A stretch of DNA of 64,000 nucleotides from NCBI GenBank assembly GCA_002269645.1, contig NIVC01000511.1, positions 404,023 to 468,022 of the forward strand, given 5' to 3'. The stretch comes from Macrostomum lignano. Taxonomy: Eukaryota. The position numbers and the translations under genes are program-made. Every line of letters starts with the position of its first letter. The first letter of the stretch is position 1. Shown here one piece after another: positions 25,201 to 38,500 of the stretch. The notes beneath the pieces are model-generated. The model searched no databases, was not told the DNA's origin, and saw only the letters and a program-made list of their open reading frames with translations.

Positions 25201-25511
25201 AATAATAATATAATAATAATAATAATTGACTACACCTGAGCTAATGGGCAGATGTGCTACCGACAGCTCAGCCGCAGCTATTGCGCGGCGCATCTGAAGG
25301 CTGCGTACGGCTGTTCAGTCCAAGGACTGGTGGATCGCCACATATCCTCAATTACCCCAGCTAATGCTGGCACCCATTTTACAGCTGGGTGAACCGAAGC
25401 AATGCAGAGTTAAGTGCCTTGCTCAAGGACACAAATTGTTCCGAGTGGGGCTGAGCATCGAACCCCCGACCTTTCAGTCGTGAGTCCGACGCTCTGACCA
25501 CTAGGCTACAA
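25201..25511 (-). mobile_element. tRNA-derived SINE with CORE-like central domain and (ATT)n tail
   Basis: Minus strand: A-box TAGCCTAGTGG, B-box GGTTCGATGC, then GTGTCCTTGAGCAAGGCACTTAAC...CTGTAAAATGGG resembling the MIR/CORE domain; (ATT)n tail at 25201-25226. Confidence 0.85.
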
Positions 25512-26546
25512 CCCCTAAGTTTAAACTACGCTCGTAGGTTTACTAGGTTTAAACACTACGCCTAAGCACAGACTATTTGGTTTGATGTATTAAAAGCATA
25601 GAGGACACTTGATGAAGGATAGGTGTATTATATGTGAGCAAGTTGGCTTGGTTTGGGTGTACAAAATAGCGGTTTGAAAGCGATTAAAACATTCAATGTT
25701 AGCCAATCGTTCAATGGGTGACACCAAAAAGGAATACAATTCTAGCATTGTCGGCCCAAGGCCGAAGTGTTGGCTACGACTTTGCCAATAAAAAACTCTA
25801 AAGAAACTGTTTGCTGCAAAAATCAAAGACAACAAATACGAGTTCTCCGTATTGGAGTAACACTTATTGCCATTATAGTTTATTAAAAGACTACGCTATA
25901 ACACATGCCAAAAGCAACAACTAACACAATTAGATTTGTCATCAAGTTCCGGTCTAAAGCAATTGCATCGAACAAGGGAGTGAGTCGAATCAGTCAGCTG
26001 TTGTGTGCAGCGGAACTGAAGCTGATATAAATGATATGCACACTGAACTGGAGAGTTGTACATGTAGCGGTGCCTAAAAGATCAGGCGTGCATTCTTAGC
26101 GGCGGTCTGCATTGAAAAAGATTTGTATGTTCACTGAAGCTACTAGTGAGTAGTTCATTACAGCTAGCTATCTATATAAACTGGCATATATTGGTTTGCC
26201 GACTTCGAAGGGTAGGCGGCTTGATTTAGCCTTGTAACTGGCAATTTTCCAACGATAGATCACGTAGAAAAACGATGTCATTAGTTCACTCTGAACTTTA
26301 CTAGCTCGTACATAATTGGTATTTTCGGATGAAAGCTTGAGCTTGCATTGCCTTCTGCAGGGAAAAATTCGTTACTGATGCTGCAATGGAAATGTCTTGC
26401 TGCCGGAACAGGCTCAAGCCGAGCCTGAGACTTAGTAGTATAGCCATCGATTCGTACTTTGCCGTGAACTCGTGGCTTGAACGCCTGAACTCCAAGGTTA
26501 CGAAACCCGGTTCCTAAGCAGTGAGGGGAATACACGGGTCAGTGCC

Positions 26547-29500
26547 TTACTGCCTGCTGCTACTAGTAGAAGCAGATGAAGGCGTGCCATGACCCGGAAA
26601 AGGCAGCGGTCGCTTTACAGACGCTTTTTTGTGTTGTTGCTTCAGCTGTTGCTGCTGTGGTTGTTGTTGTTGTTGCTGCTGTTGCTGCTGCTGCTGCTGC
26701 TGCAGTAGTTCAACTCGCTTGAACTCCTTCAACAGGTCAATAGCCTCGCCGTCAACATTTCGGTCGTCCAGATTGTCAGCCGCGTCTGAGGTGCCAGCGG
26801 CCGCAGTGGCGTAATTAAATACTGGCTGAATGCGGAACTCGACGGGCTGGCTGGATGACGGGCCGGGAGTGCGGTAGGTGTACGACAGCGGCGCGCCGCC
26901 GCCAGCAGCACCGGAGTTGTGACTGCGCTGAGGCTCTGCAGCAGCCGTCGGTACCGCCACGGTGGTTGGGCCATTGCTCAGGCTGGGTTCCCGAGGATTC
27001 TGGTAGAGATAGAACTGGTTTTGAGGTTGCAGATGCGGCAGAGGCTGCTGACTGTGGGGAGGCACAGGGGGCACTGGGTGCACGGGAAATTCCGTCATTG
27101 TGGACGCGTCAAAATGCGGTGCGGGTGTCCGAATTGATGATGTCAGGCGACTTCCCAGCTCCTGAAGTTTTGATGGGACAAAATTTGCCGGGCTGAACCG
27201 CTAAGTCGACAAGGACCCCGGGTGGTAAGAGAATTAAACGCTACAAATCTACGGGAGTGCATTTGAAGGTGAAATTTTTATTTAATATGCTTCTTCAACG
27301 AGACTGGCGTTTTTAAAGTTTTCAGCACCAACTTTCTGGAACTCCGAAGTCATCAGATTTTAACAACTGTCAATCTCTAGCGCTAAAAACTGAAACGTTC
27401 CTACGATATCCTGTGAAGCAAATTTTTGTTGAGCAAAATGAGGACTTTAAATAAGCACCTATTAACTTAAGTGTTGCGTTCTCTTACGACTAGGGAACCG
27501 GTGATCACTAGGGAACCGGTGATCACTAGGGAACCGGTGATCACTAGGGAACCGGTGATCACTAGGGAACCGGTGATCACTAGGGAACCGGTGATCACTA
27601 GGGAACCGGTGATCACTAGGGAACCGGTGATCACTAGGGAACCGGTGATCACTAGGGAACCGGTGATCACTAGGGAACCGGTGATCACTAGGGAACCGGT
27701 GATCACTAGGGAACCGGTGATCACTAGGGAACCGGTGATCACTGGACACTTGCTTTCACTCACCTCCTCATCAGAAGAGCGCTTTCCCGCAGGGACAGTC
27801 CAATGCTTCCTATCCAGTCTTCGACGTCTGAAATGTTTTTTTCAAAACAAAACTTAACAGTTAGAATGTTCAAAAGCTTTGTCTTTGCCTCAAACTACTT
27901 TATAACAGAAGTTTAAACTGAAACAAACAGGTCATCACGACATCGATTCTCTGAGAAACAATGTGACAGGACAATACAGCTGTGTCGATTTATGACCTGA
28001 CGAACCTAAAAGAGCGCGTTCTGATTTTGAAATGATTTTTTTAAATACTTAATAAACAGGACTCACATGTCCGCAACCATACAACAGATAGCCAGGAGCA
28101 CAACAAACAGGGCTATCAAGGCGAGACCGGCCACAAGGGTCGTGGTGGAGAGAGTCGTCTCGGACACGCCTGCCACTGCTAAATTTCGAATTAGGCCTGC
28201 AATATTTTGATGAGGAAGAGAGGCTGATGCAGGAAGAAGAGGCAGCTAAAGACAGAGCAGGCGGCGACGGTGGTAAAAATAAAAATAAAGGCAAATGGAG
28301 TACAACAATTGCAACCAGGCGCATGTCGGTTTGGTGGACAAGGTGACACAACATTATTGTAAAGCATCAAGCCATTGCAGGTCGGTAACAATGCAATATA
28401 CTACTGAAAGCGGCTTACAAGCTGAGCAAACAAAACCAATGCTAAAGAACAACTATATTGGAATATTTACCACTGAACCGTAAACGGGTCTGAATGTACG
28501 CAACATTCTACTTATTAGTAGTGCAATTCCGTTGATCCCTACGGAAGGCTTTCTAAAGTAAATATGAAATTTATTCAGCACTTTTCTAACCTAGCCAAGT
28601 ACCAGGAGAGCAGCAGGATGGAGCACAGCACCGCTGCTACGATGGCTACCGCAACTGCGGTCAACAGTCGATCGACTCGACGGTGCAAATGCTGCTCAAT
28701 GTAGGCTGCAATTCGGTTGAGATTGAGCGATGGAGGCTAATTACAGGATATAGTGGACTTCCGGGATCTTCCTAAACCTGACCTTGCAAAAGCATTGGCA
28801 GCTCAGAGTTTACTCTCCTTAGTCTCTGAGCTGATCTGTCCAAGGGGTCCGGATGCCTTGGTAGCTGAGCTTCATCAGCCACACAGCTTCCAATATCCTA
28901 CTGCCAGCCCTCCCTGTTGCCTGTCCGAATTCTGATCAAGTTAGATGAAGAGGAGAGTCTGCAATGCCTCTATTGCTTTACTCAAACCAAACACAATTTG
29001 CTCTGCAGGCTGGAGACTGGAGCTGGTGTTGATCACGCGAGCGATTCGCCGCAATTTTGGAATTCTCTTTTGAAGTGCGGAGCCACTTTGCTCTTGCTTT
29101 GATGAGAATGCTTTGCTTAAGCTGTAAATTTAGTTTTATACGCACTTAACGACTGTCTTGCTGTCTAACCAATTTGTTTGCAAGTCTTAGCAACACAGGC
29201 ATTACTATAAACAGAATTCAAAGTTAAAAATTGGTTGCTAGCGTACTCTGCAAATCCACGCAGTCAGTGTCGTTGAGGTTTACAGCCGATATGCACCTGG
29301 TTAAAAAATGGGCAATCGGTTTCAAGCAAATGAATTAGTGCCACTCATCAACAATGGTTATAACGCGATATTGTTATTAATAGCTGAATAATCAACAAAG
29401 CATCCGTTGCTAAAATCAACACTGTAAAGATATTAGCAAAGGCATTAGACCATTCTCGGTTTTATAAGTGAGCTAAATCAAATGCAGCACTGGTTAATAT

Positions 29501-32500
29501 TGAGATTGAATTGAAAATCTGATTGACATAAATATTATTAATTAATCTTAGAAAGCTGTGCAAGAAAAATTTACTCTGCCTGATCTGCTCCCGGTACATG
29601 TATTCAATGTTGATATTCTCGCAGAAGAACCCCATGTACTCTTCCGGACATCTGGAATTTTTATTAGTAAATTAATTGTACAGTTTGTGCAGTAAAACTA
29701 ATGGACATAGAATTCTGTTCCCAGCTATTGCTATAATATATACGGTAATCCGTGCATTGTGCATTCCTAAATAGTACATGAATCTACATCCCTTGTGCAC
29801 AAGGATGCAGCTGATCGAAACGGGCATCAAGCTGTCATTACTTATCAGATCAAAGTGAATAATTCTAATTGAGCTTGTTTGATTTGATCAGAAAGCAGGT
29901 TTGACTCACTGGCAGGATGGCTTATTGGTAATTCGACTGATGACGCAGGTGCCTCCGTTGAGACAATAGGTGACATTCTTGTAGTTGCACAGGTAGTTCT
30001 GCGGCTGGGGCGCTGGAATATTTTCATCGATTTGTTTTTCATCTGTTTAGAGCTGCACTCGGCCTCCGCCCAGTAAATTTCAGCAAGCCCAATTCTAATT
30101 AACTATTTATGCTGGACGTTCAAAGCGCATACCAAAGCAGTCTTGCCAACTGTGTCAGCTGTCTGCGAATGCTTTGAGCCACTGTGCCGGCTCTCCCCAC
30201 CCACCCTGTCTGCTCTGCGTAGGTCAGGGCTGACTTTCACAATGGCATCTAAAAGAATACCGCCCCCAGATAGTTACTGGCCAACACTAACAGACAGACA
30301 GGTTGCAATAAAGACGCTTGCAGCTCCTAAAATAGAGCTCTGAACAGAACAACACTTACCCACAGTGGTGGATGTTTGCTGACCCATCGAGCTGCTCAAT
30401 TCTTCCGCTGTAACGTTGAAATGAGACAAGTTGAGTTATTGTTGGAATGACATACGTTTGTCTACGCTAGACTGTTGCATTGCCGATGCTCATTCCATAT
30501 ATGGGACCAAGGGTGTAACAAAAACAAGTCAATACGATACTTGGTGTGCTACAAGATTCCTTAAATACTTTTGGCGCTTAGATTAGAAAATCAGCAACTT
30601 ATGGCATTCCTCTGAAAGTCCCCCAGGTCGGTTCCACGAGCGAACTGAAGGGCCAGGGTGTGAGCATGCCTGGATACATACGAGCGTATTTGCGTGCGTC
30701 TAAAATACTGGGCACTAAACGGGTTTATCTGCGATTTTGGAACTACGGTCTACGTATCTTAAGTTTCAAGCAGTGGAGATGGGTTGTTTAAAGTTTAACT
30801 GGGCAAACAAAATCGCTTACCAGTGATAGAGTGATAGAATGAAAATTTTGAATTCGCGGTTTTCAGAGACTAACAATGGAGTTACGAGTTGGCCAGCGCC
30901 TCTAGTTGTTCGCTTTATATACAGTAGCAAAACTGCTCCGACGAAAATGCCCAGAGATTGGCTCAAGCGTTCGCAGGGTGAGAGCGGGGTAAGGGCTTTG
31001 AGCGGGGTAGATGCATTTACGATGCTTACTCACAAAAAAGTTTGTGGTACTCGATATACCCCGCATTCCTTTTCGTTCGAGATGCAACAAGACTTTATTA
31101 GCATGCTCGCCTCCCCCTCAATCAGCCTGACTACTGCAAGAACAATACAAGGCAAATAAGGTTAAGAAAATGATTGAGTTCAAATAGCAGTCAGCTCACC
31201 AGCCAGCACGATGCTGCTGCTGATGGAGCCCTGCAGGTTGCGGAACACGCAGGTGTAATTTCCAGCGTCATCTGGCGATGCCCTTCTTAGCACGAGACGA
31301 GACGTGACTATTCCTTTCCTGTTAATGTTGAAGAAAATACTTGAGGTGAATTCATGCGAGCTATCGAGGAGTTGGGCTAACGGCAGGACTTCAATCTTCT
31401 ATCTCATATCCCCCCCAGGCACAGTGAAGTGTACATTCCTAACGATAAATAAAGTTAGGGCCGCTGTACACCCCTGTGTGAGTGTGTGCCTGTGGGTATG
31501 ACTGCGTACGTATCTGCGCGCTTGTGTGCCTGCTCAGGGGAGTCGGCGGAATGGCCAGTAATGCCTCTCACCGGTTGTGCGACATGTCGCTTGCGCCAGG
31601 GTGTACAAATCCCCCTGCCTCTAATAAAAAGCTCATTTGCCCTTGTCTCTGTTCAGGGGGGGGGGGTGCAGATGCGTCGTAAAAATAGGAGGGGTAGAGT
31701 GCGCGACTGAGGAAAGAGGTGAGACTGAAGAGCCAATCAGAAGGCCGCGCGAGGGAGAGAGACAGAAAAAACAAGACTGAACCATACGGTAGACCAGAGA
31801 GGGAGAGAGATAAGAAAAACAAGACTGAACTATACGGTAGACCAGAGAGGGAGAGAGACAGGAAAAACAAGACTGAACTATACGGTAGACCAGAGAGGGA
31901 GAGAGACAAGAAAAACAAGACTGAACTATACGGTAGACCAGAGAGGGAGAGAGACAGGAAAACAAGACTGAACTATACGGTAGACCAGAGAGGGAGAGAG
32001 ACAGGAAAAACAAGACTGAACTACAGACCAGAGAGGGAGAGTGATAAGAATAACAAGACTGAACTACAGACCAGAGAGGGAGAGAGATAAGAATAACAAG
32101 ACTGAACTACAGACCAGAGAGGGAGAGAGATAAGAATAACAAGACTGAACTACAGACCAGAGAGGGAGAGTGATAAGAATAACAAGACTGAACTACAGAC
32201 CAGAGAGGGAGAGAGATAAGAATAACAAGACTGAACTACAGACCAGAGAGGGAGAGTGATAAGAATAACAAGACTGAACTACAGACCAGAGAGGGAGAGA
32301 GATAAGAAAAACAAGACTGAACTATACGGTAGACCAGAGAGGGAGAGAGACAGGAAAACAAGACTGAACTATACGGTAGACCAGAGAGGGAGAGAGACAA
32401 GAAAAACAAGACTGAACTATACGGTAGACCAGAGAGGGAGAGAGACAGGAAAACAAGACTGAACTATACGGTAGACCAGAGAGGGAGAGAGACAGGAAAA

Positions 32501-35500
32501 ACAAGACTGAACTACAGACCAGAGAGGGAGAGTGATAAGAATAACAAGACTGAACTACAGACCAGAGAGGGAGAGAGATAAGAATAACAAGACTGAACTA
32601 CAGACCAGAGAGGGAGAGAGATAAGAATAACAAGACTGAACTACAGACCAGAGAGGGAGAGTGATAAGAATAACAAGACTGAACTACAGACCAGAGAGGG
32701 AGAGTGATAAGAATAACAAGACTGAACTACAGACCAGAGAGGGAGAGTGATAAGAATAACAAGACTGAACTACAGACCAGAGAGGGAGAGAGATAAGAAT
32801 AACAAGACTGAACTACAGACCAGAGAGGGAGAGTGATAGGAATAACAAGACTGAACTACAGACCAGAGAGGGAGAGAGATAAGAATAACAAGACTGAACT
32901 ACAGACCAGAGAGGGAGAGAGATAAGAATAACAAGACTGAACTACAGACCAGAGAGGGAGAGAGATAAGAATAACAAGACTGAACTACAGACCAGAGAGG
33001 GAGAGAGATAAGAATAACAAGACTGAACTACAGACCAGAGAGGGAGAGAGATAAGAATAACAAGACTGAACTACAGACCAGAGAGGGAGAGTGATAGGAA
33101 CAACAAGACTGAGCTACAGACCAGAGAGGGAGAGACACTTGTAATAAATTAAACAGAGACGAGGGCAGATGATTTGCAGAAATGACCAAGTCATGCCCGA
33201 TTTCGCTAGCCCCCAAGCGCGCACTTGATCACAGGGTGTACAGCAGTGGTCGTGCACGAAATCAAATGCAGCGACTGTAGAGCGATAATCGGATGCATCA
33301 TCAATGCCTCTCGCCGGTTGTATGACAATGTCGCCTAAAGTGCGCCAGGGTGCTCACAGCCCCTGCCTCTAAGAAACTCACCTGGTCTTGAACTGCGCCA
33401 CCCTGCCCCGGCCCAGTTTAACTGGCTCGCCGTCGCGCAGCCACAGCGGCCTCGGACGGGGCAGCCCGTTCGCTCGGCACACCAGCCGCAGTCGCAGCCG
33501 CATCCCACGGCTGCCACCGCGCCTGCGGCTGATCCTTCGGATTCGTTTGCGCATCTCCTTCACCAGTTGCGGGGACGCGCTGGAAAAGGAAAATTGGCAA
33601 TTTGCATTTTTTTAAAAACTTCCTTGTAACAAACGTTTTGGTTAAGGAAAAGAGTACGATGTGCGAGTATTCTATAGATAAAGAGCTTCAAGTGCGACAA
33701 TCAAAACTTAAACAATTAGTACCGTCGGAGCGTTCCTTGATTTTTGTGTCTTCATTCTTAACCTACACGCGTAATTTAGATCAGTTCGCTCTAAAATTGA
33801 CGGCGGATGATCCCATTCATCGAGACCAATATTCACATCACGTTGTTAAAAATTCACTATGATTAATAACTAAAACTTAGGATCGGAATACAGTGAGTCT
33901 AGGACCCTGAGGAGTTATTTGTCTAATAATAAGAAGGTGAATTCGTGTACTTAAATGCGCAGAAGAAGTGGCTTAAGCAATCATGGAATAAATGTTTGTA
34001 TAAATATATAAATATAATTGTGTTACATTACGAGCGTAAATACGACCATCAGCGTCCATACAGCTGAGGTAAGATTTGGTTATGAAATTGGAAGATACAA
34101 AATGTGCTCAAAATTACGTCTCTATGGTTTCACTGCACTCGACACTTTCAACTGTGCATTTCGTTGCCTGCAGGGATTGCAAATTGCAACTGATATTGCT
34201 AGTAGTAGGCCCGTTCGAGCATACACTGTACTCCTACACTGCCGCACAGCAAGGTGAGGGGTGAGTGACACGCCGCCTCAATGCTTGCTAATTGTGTTAG
34301 GGCAGCCTTTCGAAGGCCTGTTAAGAAACTTCTCTTTAATTCTTTAACACAGGAACAGCCTGTTGGTAAAAGGGGACCGACTTGATCGAACGGCTTACCG
34401 CATATTGTAGTTTCAACACCTGCAGCGATTGATAGTCGGCGAATAAGACTGGGGTTTAATTTGTTGGAACTGATAAATGACTGAAACAAAAATCTCTTTC
34501 GAATTGCACCAGCACTTTGCTTATCGGCAGACAAAAAGCTATTTTGTTTGCCAGTAAGCATGCAGAAGCCTCTAAGGCATTCTCCGATAAAACAGTCGGT
34601 ATCCACCCTTTAGAAAGTCTTATAAACCAAACTAAAATACCTCAGCAGATCGCCTGATAACGCTTAGGAACCTAAGGGGTGCGCTTAAGGGATACTAAGA
34701 AATATTTATTCTGCCTAAAATTATTCTGCTCGGTAAAGTTTGTGTTATGGAAAGGGGAGCACATCGCGCTTTTTGAGTCCAGCTCCAAGGCATACCATTG
34801 TGACCCTGTTCTTTTCTGCTGTTGCTTGCTGATCTCTGTTGTCTGAGTTCGCAACTGTCTGCACTATTGTTTTTTTATTTTCGAATCCAAAGCGGCAAAT
34901 TTTTGTTCATATCTGTTCGAACATCAGTATACCTACGGGAGCTGAGTGGAGAAGTTATAGTGCAGCTTCAGGCCCGCGGAAAGCCTGGCTCTCGGGATAA
35001 ACAACCGTACAGAATTTGGTGGGACATCCGGGCCTGCGCAGCTGTCAGTGAGCCGCCCAGCCGCCCGCTCCAAATCCTCGCGACGTAAATCTTCATTTGA
35101 TTCCCTCTCGAGCGGATAAGTAAGGTCGAAAATCTTCCACGGTTTCCTCATCTGGCTGTTTTCTGATTTTTTATCCCTCCCTTTCTTCTTACTATCATTC
35201 AATCCCCTAAGTCCTCTTCTTGAACTCAAAGCTTTTCCAATTGCCTGCGCTATTTTTCTTTAAAGCAAGTTTAATTGGAAACTCAACCGCAAAACCAAAT
35301 TTGTTTGCCCCCCCCCCGAGAGAATCTCGGGTTTCTTCGAGAAGCCAGTCCAGGCTTTCTGAGTCCACTTTCGACCATCTTTCGTTTCTTTTCGTTGCTT
35401 CAGTCTTTAGTCCCACTTTTCGAGCTCTACTAAGCCTGTGCCGAAGTGTCAGTACCACTGGGTTGAAAGCTAGCTGGTAATCTTGCAATAATCTGTGTCA

Positions 35501-38500
35501 GAACAGACATCCTTTAATGGATTTAAAAAACTCGTCGCAAAAAAGTGTTGATAAGCTTGAAGACAAATTTCTGACAAGTTGAGCATCTTAGCTCTCAACA
35601 CTTTCTGACGTAATTCAAAGGAACCAGTCTTGCATTCTTTGAGGAAATTTGAAGGAATTAAAAGCAAAAGTTTAGTGAAAAATTGACAGCTCAGTAAGAT
35701 TTGCATATTGCGAGCTTGCAGCCATCAGTTTCAATATGAGTTGAACTTGCTGGGCGTGGCGTCTACAGTCTTCACAGTCATTTTCTAAGAACTCATTCTT
35801 CAGCTTTATGACTCTTTTGAAGCCCCGGGTGAATCGTCGGTTTGTACAGTCAGCTGCCCAGATGATGATTTCCGGTAGCCTTGGCAAGTAATTAGGAGAA
35901 CAAATCCAGTACAATGCAATTTCCCTGAAAAGAATCCTTATCTCTACGTCTTTTAAGATGAACTACTTCGGACAGGAAAAGACAGCCTTGCCAGGTAGGT
36001 GAATAGATAATTACATTATAATAACCCCATCTTGCAGAAAATGATGATTGCATGCCTGCATGCTTTTGGCCGTGGGAGACCGGAGTAAGCTAGGGAAGAA
36101 ATATAGAAGCAAAGCAGCGGGAAAAGAAAGAAGTTACTTGTTGTTGCCAAAAATTTTGGCAGAAATATCGTGAAACTATAAAGAGTTGCCGAGCTAACAC
36201 AGAGAGCCATTCTTGATTGCTTCCAAAGCTGAAGACAAAATCCCACGTAGGAGCGGAGCGTACTTATCGACCATAGACTGTACAAAGCCGATGCTCAGAA
36301 ATATAAGACATTTCACACTTAGAAACTGCATGTATCAAATAAGCAAGACAACATCGCTCAGTCACCAGACTCAGTTGCCGTCGTCGATTCACAACTCCGT
36401 AACAGCCATGCCATATAGCCCTTACGTCTGAACAACAACAGCCATGCCACTAAAGTGCGCGGTAGCTATTGCAAGAACTGCGTTTCTGATGCATCTGTAT
36501 CCTTCTTTCGTCTGCCTTTCAAGGACGTCGATCAGTGGCGTAGCCAGGATTTCCTTCTGGGGGGGGGGGTCACAGTCACAGGCTCACAGCGGCAACCGGG
36601 GGCAGGGGGTGCTAGGCCTCTGCAACGGGGGAGGGGGGTGCTGAAAATTTGGCCTGGGTCAGCCGGCTGGGGGGGGGGTCATGACCCCCATGATCCCCCC
36701 TTGGCTACGCCCCTGACGTCGATCGTCTGAGAGAGTGGCGAGCACGGGTGCCACTAAGATCTGCTGGAGATGTCAAATGGATGCGTATTTGTGAGTTTCA
36801 TTTCTCCATTGACGACTTTGTTCAGCAGAAGACAAGAAAAAAACTGAAATCTGATGCCGTGCCAAGTGTCAGAATTGCGACTCCTGAGCAGCATGTGCCG
36901 GTATCTGCACCTTCACTCTGCCTGTTTATTACTTATGCTTTTTGCTTTTCCCACTGCTACACCTTCACTCTGCCTGTTTATTACTTATGCTTTTTGCTTT
37001 TCCCACTGCTACACCTTCACTCTGCCTGTTTATTACTTTAGCTTTTTGCTTTTCCCACTGCTGCACCTTCACTCTGCCTGTTTATTACTTTTGTTTTTTG
37101 CTTTTTCCACTGCTGCACCTTCACTCTGCCTGTTTATTACTTATGCTTTTTGCTTTTCCCACTGCTACACCTTCACTCTGCCTGTTTATTACTTATGCTT
37201 TTTGCTTTTCCCACTGCTACACCTTCACTCTGCATGTTTATTACTTATGCTTTTTGCTTTTCCCACTGCTACACCTTCACTCTGCATGTTTATTACTTAT
37301 GCTTTTTGCTTTTCCCACTGCTACACCTTCACTCTGCATGTTTATTACTTATGCTTTTTGCTTTTCCCACTGCTGCACCTTCACTCTGCCTGTTTATTAC
37401 TTATGCTTTTTGCTTTTCCCACTGCTACACCTTCACTCTGCCTGTTTATTACTTATGCTTTTTGCTTTTCCCACTGCTACACCTTCACTCTGCCTGTTTA
37501 TTACTTATGCTTTTTGCTTTTCCCACTGCTACACCTTCACTCTGCCTGTTTATTACTTATGCTTTTTGCTTTTCCCACTGCTACACCTTCACTCTGCCTG
37601 TTTATTACTTATGCTTTTTGCTTTTCCCACTGCTACACCTTCACTCTGCATGTTTATTACTTATGCTTTTTGCTTTTCCCACTGCTACACCTTCACTCTG
37701 CCTGTTTATTACTTATGCTTTTTGCTTTTCCCACTGCTACACCTTCACTCTGCATGTTTATTACTTATGCTTTTTGCTTTTCCCACTGCTACACCTTCAC
37801 TCTGCCTGTTTATTACTTATGCTTTTTGCTTTTCCCACTGCTACACCTTCACTCTGCATGTTTATTACTTATGCTTTTTGCTTTTCCCACTGCTACACCT
37901 TCACTCTGCATGTTTATTACTTTAGCTTTTTGCTTTTCCCACTGCTGCACCTTCACTCTGCCTGTTTATTACTTATGCTTTTTGCTTTTCCCACTGCTAC
38001 ACCTTCACTCTGCCTGTTTATTACTTATGCTTTTTGCTTTTCCCACTGCTACACCTTCACTCTGCATGTTTATTACTTTTGTTTTTTGCTTTTTCCACTG
38101 CTGCACCTTCACTCTGCCTGTTTATCACTTATGTTTTTGTCTTTCCGACTCTGCTGCAAGAATCCTGCTCAACTTCTTTTCTCCGTACACAATGCAATCA
38201 TCGTACGTACGGTTACAGTATAGATACAGAAATAAAGTCTTGAGGACGTTTTAAGCATACATAGTATTCGTCCAAGCTACATTAGTTACTTGTATTTTTC
38301 TCATGCACTCTATGTATATTTCTGAGCATTGGCTTTGTACACCATTCTAGCCACAACTTGTGCCATAGACTAAAAAGCTTGGTGATCGGAGGGGGTGGGT
38401 GGATTCTAAAAATCGGCTTCAGATTTTCATCCTTATTGGCACTCTATACTAGGCGACCTCAATACTCTTTGGCTTAATCTAATTTCTTGATTCAAACTTG

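Noticed and set aside
25440-25511. tRNA gene
   Set aside because: Has A/B boxes but no clean cloverleaf and continues into a CORE-like domain and tail, so it is a SINE head.
28190-28345. + strand frame LQYFDEEERLMQEEE…WWTR
   Set aside because: Lies antisense between the TM exons with no supporting partner exons.
36854-38254. 327-466 aa hydrophobic ORFs
   Set aside because: Translation of the 52-bp minisatellite.
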